Below, piece after piece: positions 50,177 to 59,869 of a stretch of DNA of 64,000 nt; positions within the stretch are counted from its first letter, which is position 1, and the number at the start of each line of letters is the position of its first letter. The notes under the pieces were generated by a model. That model saw only the letters and a program-made list of their open reading frames with translations, was not told where the DNA came from and searched no databases. This DNA is from Basidiobolus meristosporus CBS 931.73 (Eukaryota > Fungi > Basidiobolomycota): contig MCFE01000126.1 of NCBI GenBank assembly GCA_002104905.1, positions 96,814 through 160,813 of the forward strand, written 5' to 3'. A program made the position numbers and the translations under genes.

Positions 50177-51235
50177 GTTTGTAAGTGTATCAGAATGAAT
50201 TCTAAGTGATGAGTATCAACCGGGTGCGTATTGGGTCTTATATAGAACTTGCCAGAAGCGCCTAGTATCACTGACCCACTGCTTTAGCCACTGGTATTGG
50301 AGTGAGCACCATCAGACCCAATGGTATAATGAGTGTGACTAATTTCAACAGGTGATGGCATACTCAAGTCGTATATCGTGGTATGTATTCAAGTAAAAGA
50401 TTGCAATGGGTTATCACTGAAGTAGCGGTTGCTAGGCTTGGATGTGGGCTATTGTTTCCTCATATGGAATCTCTGTCGCTTTTACATGGAATCAAGTGAC
50501 CGCATTAAGGAATGGTTGTCGTTACATTCAAAAAGGAAGTACCAATGTTCTTGGTACGATTTCCATAAAAGTCGATTTTTAATAAGTGCATTCCACTCCG
50601 TCTCTGTACTATTATTCCTACCCTTACAACCGATATGTCCAGTCTATTTCGATCTCAGTATTGGATTCAATTGCGAGGCCGAATCATAATCAAAATATTG
50701 GCACGTAACATGGTTTATTCACCAATGAGGACCTAGAATAGAGTATTATTAAATAAGATCTTCCAGTATGGTTCTAGAGTCTTTCAGGGGTAAATGACAG
50801 ATCCAGAAGCCGAAATAGATAAGGTTAATCTATATTATTTGGATGGGACATACCAAAAGCTTATGAGTACTTAATTTCAGTAGCTCGAAAGCTGTAAAGT
50901 ATAACTAATTAGATCATAAATTTTTTGAAAGATTAGATTGGCCAAAAATTGGACAGTAGTAAGTGGTGTTCTATTGCTTACGCATAAACTTATTTCAATC
51001 AATGTGAGTTGAAGTTGAGGAGCGTAGAATAGGTTGACTGCCACTAATAAATGTATGTATTTTAAGTTGGATGAAGCGAGCTTACTGAGTTGGATGCCCT
51101 GAATGTAAGTTTTATTTGCGAGGTGCTCTCTTTATTGCCAGAATAAACATGAAATGATCGAAAAGGGGATATTTACCCAGTAAATATTCTATTGAGCTAA
51201 TCTAAGTGGCTTTTCATCAGAAGCAGTCATGACAT

Positions 51236-51775
51236 TCATTGGTGCCAGAGGAATGAGACCCCATTACCAGTATAGAAGTTGCCATAAGAGGTGGTGTAGG
51301 TACCCCCTTGTCCATTGAACTTGTAGTTCCAGTTGCTTGTGTATACGCTGCCATCATTGTTGATGCGCTCCACCACCGCAACGTGGCCAGTCGAGCCGCA
51401 GCCCTGGTAGCCTGGCTGGATGACAATGATGGAGGGGACTCGTGGTTGACTGGACACCACCCACCCATTGACATTGCGAGCACTGGATGGCCAGGTGCGA
51501 GCATCGCCCCACCACTGGGTGTGCTGGCAGGTCAGCTCGTAGTAGCGAGCGTCGGCCCAGTCGGTGCACTGGCCATTGTTGAATCGGAACTGGCGAGAGC
51601 ACGAGGCCAGCACCGAGATGTTGGAGAGCTTGCTTGATGTGCCAGATACTTCGGTTTGATTCAACTGAGCTGAGTTGGAGGGCACAACTTGAGTCGGTAG
51701 AGCCTCGGTTGAGGTGGCCAGGAAGGCAGTGGCGGCAGCGAATAGATAGGTCAGAGTGGAGGTCAATTTCACCAT
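51236..51775 (-). CDS. Secreted CHAP-domain protein, copy 5
   Basis: Same motifs; upstream flank unrelated to the other four copies. Confidence 0.88.
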   Translation of the reverse strand: MVKLTSTLTYLFAAATAFLATSTEALPTQVVPSNSAQLNQTEVSGTSSKLSNISVLASCSRQFRFNNGQCTDWADARYYELTCQHTQWWGDARTWPSSARNVNGWVVSSQPRVPSIIVIQPGYQGCGSTGHVAVVERINNDGSVYTSNWNYKFNGQGGTYTTSYGNFYTGNGVSFLWHQ

Positions 51776-53492
51776 TTTTTGAATCTCAGAGATTGTTGGA
51801 TGCTGATTTTGAGGTGATAAAAGCTTTTATAACCTGGAGTGGAATGCATCTCTCTCTGACCGACTTTAGCCGTTTTAAATACAGATGTCCAATGGCACCG
51901 TACAGATACATAGCGGGCCGAGTCATTATACCTCTAGTAATACTTCTAACTAATATGGTAGGGCTCGAGGTTTACTGCGAGTAAGTTTAATATACTAAAT
52001 CTGGAGATGTATCCTTGCGATTAACTCAACAAATCAGAATTACTATGCTCACAGCTTATAACTGATAATTCGTGCTACAAACAATGTCCTAAAGATCAAC
52101 AAGTTACATAATAGCAGTCAGCATGCATTATGGTGTTTTTTCTATTAATGTACTTAAGACCCATGGTAGCTTGCTAGTATTCTTTTCTTTTCCCGATCTG
52201 GAATACTATGCAGTATTGTACTTCGCTTCCAACGAATGACAATATAAGCCCCGCAGCTGTTTTAAAGATTCGAATTGCCATCTCGGATTTTCCACAAAAT
52301 GAATCCCAAAAACACTAGATTCCGATTTAACAGTAAGACAAGACTAAAAGCTAACTTCGCTGAATTGAGCATATATCTCTAAAGCGGAAGGTCCCGGGTT
52401 CCCTTAGAAACTTTCTACTTACATTTGTAGTGATCATTACGAGGGATACGTTACTTTCGAGATCTCGCAGCCAGAATGGCTTCGATTTGCTTGTAATGTT
52501 AGAGTACTTTCGCTTACCACTATTATTATCATAAACCCTTTGTGAACTCCATTTCATTATATACTTACTTTGTGTTGTGAGTGCTGACGCCAGAAGAAAG
52601 AGCCCTCGTTGCCAGTGCTACTAATTACAAGAGCCAATCTATTCAGATAACTCCATCGTTTCCGACAGTAAGGAATGCTCCACGAGAATTGTATTCTATG
52701 GTACAGATATCCTCTTCCATCACTATTATTAACTACCTTGCTTTAGTTACTTTATTTCGCTCAAGATATTGCTTGATATTTATCACACGTTGTTTGGCTA
52801 AACTGATATGGAAAGCGAGTGGATGCCAAATATGGAAAGATTAATAATAGCCACGCCTCACATAATTGGAGGTTTGTACCACATTCTTTCAATCCTCAAT
52901 AATCCAATCACCGATTAGAATCTTGGCACGGTCCTGGCAAATCGATTTTCAGAAGAAAGCTCGTACAGGCCACTGCTTTAGAGCTTACAGGATCCTGGAT
53001 TGGTTGCAAAGTCAAGTTGCTACTACCGATGCTATCAAGATACTACCGGCCAGAGTTTGCGCAGATACTTCCAATTCTGTGTATGGATAGTTACTGTCCA
53101 ACCAATCGTACAAAACGCTACCTTTCCATTGCACACCAACCGTTGTTGTTCTATTGTGTATGCAAACTTGCTGGCAACAGAGGGGCTATTTGTGTTGAAG
53201 TGACTGGAGGATATGGCATCTTCCTCATTGAATATACTCTACGCTCCCAAGTAGCAGAAAGCATATTAGCAGGATAGTACACAGAAGTACCCAATCATCG
53301 CGAACAGTTCACTAATTACTTTTTATATATGAATTGGTTCAGCTCCACTACAATTGCATTACTTTCCATAAGTACCTATCCAATTGATCATTTCCCAACC
53401 AAAACGTCATAATCACGGGTTTATATCAAAGGAACGCACCGTAAATACCCTTTGAACCTAAGAGGTCAAGAGGAGCAGCTGCTTTACGATAG

Positions 53493-55111
53493 TCATTTCT
53501 CCGGAGTACCGAACTTCTCTTTGGTGATAGTATAGGTGAGGAGCATTTCACCTTCGGATCGGAGCTTCATGGTGTGGGTTCCGACCTCCCATTCAGTGAA
53601 ATTGCCATTCACGATGGTACTGTCAAAACCGCCATTCCAGGTATCGTCGTCGATAAAGTTCAAATAAAGTGAGAAGGGTGGCGAGACGTCATCAGCCAAG
53701 TCAGTGAACACCGTTGCCTTTGGTGATTTGATGAAGTTCACGTCTTGTCCCGCCCTGATGGATTGATATCTGGGCTTCTCAACCGACCAGATGTACTGTC
53801 CATTCAGCACGATGTCGCCCCAAGCCTCCGCGGTGTCATCGCTCGCGGGCTCCGCGGGATCGATTAGTTTTAAAGAGACGATCTTGAAAGTCCACTTGTA
53901 GCCACGGCGAACGGGATGGCAGGCCTTGATGGTGTATTTGGTGGTCTCGCTGACGGCCGCAAGGTTTCCATTAGCGATGCTACGAAGGGTATAGGAAATG
54001 GGGACGTAGGTTTCCAAAGTAGATTCCTGACTAAAGAAGGAGTTAAGGTTTCCGTCCCGAATCAGATTGATGGCAGCCTCTCGGTTACCACCGATAACAG
54101 CGACGCTAATTTTCGATTCGCTAAGAAGCTTCTGATGTTTGATATCGAGATTGCTGTCAACTCCCAGCTTCAGACCATTGTAGGAGGCCTGGATGGTTGC
54201 GCGTATATCCGAAGAGCTAGCAGAAGAGGTTACCGAGTAAAGCAATACACGCCCGTAGCTAATGCTGGACACAAAGATTGGAAGGTTGTCGGGTCCAAGT
54301 CGACCAAAGCGTATTTGTTCCTTCAAATCCTGCATGGTGAATTGGCTGTTAAAGAAGTCAGCAGGGGTTTTAGGCATTGCGACATCCACGGTGAATGCTT
54401 TCTCGACGAAGTATGCGGCAATGGTATTTTCGGTGTAGTTGCGTTGAGTGTCTAGGGCGGTCTTTGCTTGGAATGCCAAGTACTTGGCGCCAAAACCCAG
54501 GTTTAATGCAGCTGATTCGGCAGAGTTGACCTCGACTGTTTTGTAATGAATATTAGCTCCGGGCCTGTATCCACCGGACTTGGCATGAGACACTAAACCC
54601 GCAATTGCATCACGGACAGCTCTGCGCAAGAAGTTAATTATCAAAAGGCAGAGATGGCAATATACAGGCTTACTTACCCAGAGTCAGGTTTGCAGATGGA
54701 AGATGAGCTCTTTCCATTCAAGAAGTCCACCGTAATCTTCTGTTCGTTGCGATCCCCAATGGGAAGAGGCTTGAATCCTCCTACGCCATCCACATATCCT
54801 TTGCCTTGAAGGAGAGCACCTAACCAGAAGGCATCTGATCCAGTACCAAAAGTTACCAGCTCCTTGGGGGTGTCTGTCAATGTGATGTCCTGGACCGAAC
54901 ATTCAAGCTGAACGCTTCCCATGGAGGCCTCTTGACTTTTAACATCCCCTTTGATGGTGTCCGATGATTGAACGTTAGCAAACTTATCCCAGTCTGGCAA
55001 GGTGGCAAAGTAGTCATTGATTTGGCTACGGTCCGAAGGCAAATCGACGGGAGCAGCGTTCACCTTCAAAGCAGTCAGAAAAAGAAGAGAGATGGCAGAG
55101 AACTTTAACAT
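53493..55111 (-). CDS. Secreted thiol-activated/cholesterol-dependent cytolysin-like (CDC-like) protein, 2 exons (55111-54678, 54621-53493), 520 aa
   Basis: Signal peptide. FWLGALLQG, AYFVEKAFTV, PIFVSSISYGRVLLY, VIGG and VPISYTLR are CDC pore-forming core motifs. A 56-nt intron GTAAGT...TTAAC...CAG (54677-54622) joins the two track ORFs in frame (PDSG|AVRDAI). Confidence 0.85.
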
Positions 55112-56305
55112 TTGGAATACTACCGAGAAGCAGTGAGGTCGGCCATCTTTTATCTATCGTTTCGTCACTTATTTGTCATTATAAGGTGCTGGTCAAAGCT
55201 CTCTTAATATCAACTACCAAAGATGGCTAATGAAGTCCATAGAGTGTATCCTGGTTGAAGTGGTCGCACTCACCGGAGGGCTTGTATTTCTATTCTAGGG
55301 ATTGTTGCTTGCTCGAATGCAAATCTCTGCACCCACAGATTGTATGTGGTCCAGACGGAATTCCGTGCATGTTTATTTCATAAGTAAATTAGTGCTTATG
55401 CATGCACACTAATTCATGCCTTTTGAATGGCCCAAGGAGGCGTCATGAAAGCCGTAAAGATGGATGCAAAGTCCAAATTCTGTAATACCAAGGATGATAT
55501 CACGTACTAGAGCTTCAAAGAACATTGGCTATTATCAATAAGGTTTATGCTCGTCATATCCGGGATACATTACAGTAGAGCGAACAATTAATGGAAGTTG
55601 CGTTGGAAATAAGTTGGATTTTATTGTCATCATGCCTAGTATTTGATTGCATTCACTGGAACTAACACTCTGTGTTTGTGGAGGATCGTCAAGATGGAGG
55701 ACGGTCGGGTGATCTTGCCGTAACAGAGAGTTGAAAACCAAGCAAATAGATATTGAGTACTCATACAGGGTCACACACATATTCATTGATGTAGTAGTCA
55801 GGAAATCTTGCAAATTAGCCCAATTGGTGCTCTGGGCTTATATAACATGCTGATTATCTGATACCATATTAAGAAACGACTGTTGATATTGCCAGGGTGG
55901 CTGTTTTCATGTTGTCTCAGTGAAAAAATGCCTTTTGAATTTCCTATAGTTTGGCTCATTTCAAAGAGAACGACCAAAATTTAATTTTTAAAACTGCTTG
56001 GGACTACCATCAGTCTACTACTTGAATGGGCAGGGCATGATGAGCCATGGTACCAAGAATTTCAGTATTTACATTTGCACAAAGACAAACATGGAATTGG
56101 AGTAGCAATGGTGTAATCAAGAAATACTGGTCCCAGAATCACTGTTGTAACAATTGCACACACCATTTAGTGCAATTAGATACATTGCTGTATATATTCA
56201 GGAATCATTATAATGTGGTTCCAATGTCAATAGTTGTATTAGCTCAAATGTTTAGATTAATTCAAGCCTTGTCACATTATTGATTGATTTCAAACCACTC
56301 TTAAT

Positions 56306-58310
56306 CCCTATGAAAAATAATTTGGTCCTGCAGGTGGATCCTATCTGGTTCAGCCATCAGGATCCTGTTTGGAGACCATCATAATATCAGCAGCTTGGGA
56401 TTAGTGACCCGCTTAACAATTTTATGACAGGATCACAATGGCATTTGGCTAATTTTACTGCCAAATAAAGTCAAAAAACTTGATGGGGTTTATTGGTGCT
56501 GCATCAATAGTTGCGTGGCATTGTTGCAGTCTTCAAGCCTCTGATGGCATTATTACGGCAGTATTACAGCCTACAGCTAGTTCTGTATAATGCTACCATA
56601 CCAATTTACCAAATGGTATTTCCTTTTTCTACCTCCCCTTGTGCAACTCATATATTCCACTGTAGATTCACCCCACTTTATTTGCTTACCCACTACCACC
56701 TTGGGTATTCCACATATAGTTTGAATCAACAAAACCATGGCCTCCTGCTTACTAACCTCTACAAACACACACACCTGCCACAATTGACATACTCCTATCA
56801 CCTCAACTTTATGGCTTTTTAGTGTGATACTTACAAAGTTGCCATATACCTTGTACTGCCAGTAACATATATATCTTGCAAACATATGCTTGGATGCCAC
56901 CACTTCTGCCATAAATACCTCCTGAATATCTGCAAAGAGCTTTTTGGTATTTAGTCAATATATTCCTTCTCCCTGCTGGATTCTAGTCCCCCTTATGGGT
57001 GCCCTCTGGCTCTTGTTTGTATGAATTCCATATTTAATGGTGTAGAAGTTGGCTTGCAGCCAAGAGAAGCCCAGCATACATTGGTAGGGCTTTCCTAATA
57101 AAAGTTAGTTGCTTGTTGCACCCAACCCAACTTTGCATTACTTAACTGATTGCCCACACATTGGGGCTGCTTAGCTTCTTAATTCCATAGGTATAGGTGT
57201 CTACACATGTACATCAGTCCTCAGTATTTTCCAACTCTTCCTAGCTGTCCTCCATGTACCAACTCATCACATCCATCATGGACTTAAAGGTATTATATTC
57301 TTGATGAGATTGGGATATGGTAGTACCTGCAACTTGACTTGTCTTCCTATCTTCTCACACATCTGCTCCATAGGAAACTCCCAAAAGGTGAAGCAAGGGC
57401 CAATATTCTCCACACACCAAGCAAGATAGAGTAAAGAATGGATACAGTAGCAACAGAGATCTACACCTTCAGCTTGATGTTTGTAGTATAGCTGCTCAAA
57501 TCCTGTTACAAACTCCTTGCATAACAGCTGTAGATGTGTCAAGTTGGCATTAGTGATCCGCTTCTGGATAAATATTCCTACAATGTCCACATATGACCCC
57601 CAATGCTTCCAATGTACTCTTGGTAGGAATGGCTCAGAATGCTACCTGAATAAATAAATATCCAGCTCATCCAGTCTTTGCATTTGTATTGTTGCATATG
57701 CATATGAGTATTGATTGGAGCCTGTGAGAAGTACTTACATGAGCAGATGCTCTGTAACATCTTGCCAATTCTTTCAAATTCCTCTGGTATATCAATGGGC
57801 TCATTTAGCTTGAAATGCCCCATTTAAAACTTAATCATCAGCATAGGGATATTGTTGAAAAGCAAATGCATGCTCTCAGTGGAAAGCTTTTGCTCCAACA
57901 GATACCCTCTATCTTAAGTATCTCTGGTTTCTGATTGATTCCATATTCTGGCTGATGGCTTATAGCTTGCCCACTTTGCTGCAATTGCATGCTGACTTCC
58001 GTACAATCTCTCTGTGAGAAGATGATGTTCTTAGTGTTGGTGTTTGGGTAATAATAATTTGTGTGATTCACGGGGTAATCCTCTGGATCTCATACATCCA
58101 ACAGCAAAACTGTCCATTGTACCCAGAAAAGCCAGCTATTTTGCCAATGGCTGGGATATCTCCAATGCAGATAATGATATGCACTTTGACATGACAACCA
58201 TTTACTGTTATCCTGCTGGAAAGCATACAAAATTCATCCAGCAATGGATACAGGTAGCTATCCAGGTTGGATGGTGATTTAAGCCCAGATACCAATAAGA
58301 CTGCCATCAG
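56306..58310 (-). mobile_element. Degenerate CACTA/CMC transposon, transposase 3' part and terminus
   Basis: GLKSPSNLDSYLYPLLDEF (Transposase_21-like) and HSLLYLAWCVENIGPCFTFWEFPMEQ (DUF4218-like). Terminus CCCTATGAAAAA at 56306. Confidence 0.7.
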
Positions 58311-58688
58311 ATTTTGTTATGAATAGACACAAGGCAGGAGAGTAGAGCTAGGCAAGGCAGGACCAGGAAAGGACTTAGGTGTGGATCAACAAGGCAAGGC
58401 GGATTTCCAAGGCAAGGCTGTTTATTCAAGACCTGTGTTTATCAGACTGAGGAATACATAAGGGGGGGATAGGACTATATATACTTTTTGGCAATATGGA
58501 TGCCAAGAGATATTGGCTAATACTGATGGGGTTCTGAGGTGAAGCACAGTAAGTGTGCCAGGATAGATATATACTAAAGAATGGACTATAATATCACATG
58601 GGGATATGTTAGGGGTCAGCTGATCATGTGATATGTAATTACCATATTTGGTGTTTGATTACATAAGCTCCAAAGGGGAGCTTCCATT

Positions 58689-58700
58689 TTAGGGTTAGGG
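58689..58700 (+). repeat. Telomeric repeat seed (TTAGGG)2
   Basis: TTAGGGTTAGGG directly abutting the SINE-like element A tail. Confidence 0.7.
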
Positions 58701-59220
58701 GAGGAAAGTCACCAAGTGGTGAAATCTTTATTTACTTATGACAAGTATCTAAAGAAGCCAAGTTAATCTGAAGTTATTCCTAGAAAGCTAGGTCTGAGAG
58801 ATATCTTCCTAGTAAGCCAGGTCTAAAAGTTGAGAAGCTGAGTGGTACTATATTTCCTAGTTAGCTAGGTCTGAGAGAGGTTTCCTGGAAAGCCAGGCCT
58901 GAGAAGTGAGAATCTGAATATATCTGAGCTAAGTTATACTGGTTTGCGGTAGCTGAATTGTGGCCGGAATGGCCAGTAGACTGGGGGAACTGAGATGAGT
59001 TTCTGGGCGATCACTGGCCAAATTTACTAGGCAAATCTGGCCAATTAGCATTTCAAGGATTTCAGCCAATCAGAGCCCTTACTTTGCCCGATGGTTGATC
59101 AAGCCATCTCCCAATGAGCACACATCAATTTATAAATCAAATTTTGTTGGATCCAGGATTTGAACCCACAACCATGGGTATGGAAGGGTTAGGGATAACC
59201 ACAAGGCTAAGTGTTCTTGG
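58701..59220 (-). mobile_element. 520-bp tRNA-headed SINE-like element, copy A
   Basis: Minus strand: A-box-like TAGCCTTGTGG (59209-59199) and B-box GGTTCAAATCC (59166-59156), 32 nt apart. The 3' tail is shared with the LINE 3' UTR. Flanked by TTAGGG on both sides. Confidence 0.75.
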
Positions 59221-59249
59221 TTAGGGGAGGGAAAGTCACCACTTAGGGG

Positions 59250-59769
59250 GAGGAAAGTCACCAAGTGGTGAAATCTTTATTTACTTATGACAAGTATCTA
59301 AAGAAGCCAAGTTAATCTGAAGTTATTCCTAGAAAGCTAGGTCTGAGAGATATCTTCCTGGTAAGTCAGGTCTGAGAGTTGAGAAGCTGAGTGGTACTAT
59401 ATTTCCTAGTTAGCTAGGTCTGAGAGAGGTTTCCTGGAAAGCCAGGCCTGAGAAGTGAGAATCTGAATATATCTGAGCTAAGTTATACTGGTTTGCGGTA
59501 GCTGAATTGTGGCCGGAATGGCCAGTAGACTGGGGGAACTGAGAGGAATTTCTGGGCGATCACTAGCCAAATTTACTAGGCAAATCTGGCCAATTAGCAT
59601 TTCAAGGATTTCAGCCAATCAGAGCCTTTACTTTGCCCGATGGTTGATCAAGCCATCTCCCAATGAGCACACATCAATTTATTAATCAAATTTTGCTGGA
59701 TCCAGGATTTGAACCCACAACCATGGGTATGGAAGGGTTAGGGATAACCACAAGGCTAAGTGTTCTTGG
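59250..59769 (-). mobile_element. 520-bp tRNA-headed SINE-like element, copy B
   Basis: About 10 substitutions versus copy A by eye; same boxes and tail; flanked by TTAGGG. Confidence 0.75.
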
Positions 59770-59811
59770 TTAGGGTTAGGGTTAGGGTTAGGGTTAGGGT
59801 TAGGGTTAGGG
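59770..59811 (+). repeat. Telomeric repeat tract (TTAGGG)7
   Basis: Seven perfect TTAGGG units. Confidence 0.97.
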
Positions 59812-59869
59812 GGGGAGACAGTCACCAACAGGTGAAATCTTTATTTCAGTTGAAACAAAGAAGCCAGTG

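Noticed and set aside
44394-51775. CRISPR-like or bacterial contamination explanation for the repeats
   Set aside because: The repeats are whole genes with long spacers, contiguous with intron-containing genes and fungal-type TEs; read-level confirmation is still advisable.
53916-54455. 179-aa plus-strand ORF
   Set aside because: Antisense shadow of the cytolysin-like gene.
54622-54677. Frameshift/pseudogene or two-gene reading of the cytolysin locus
   Set aside because: A canonical GT-AG intron restores a single frame.
58315-58662. Possible solo LTR (TGTTAT...ATTACA)
   Set aside because: No TSD and no second copy in the window.
59145-59216. Functional tRNA gene
   Set aside because: A and B boxes are present but acceptor and anticodon stems do not pair; treated as a SINE head.
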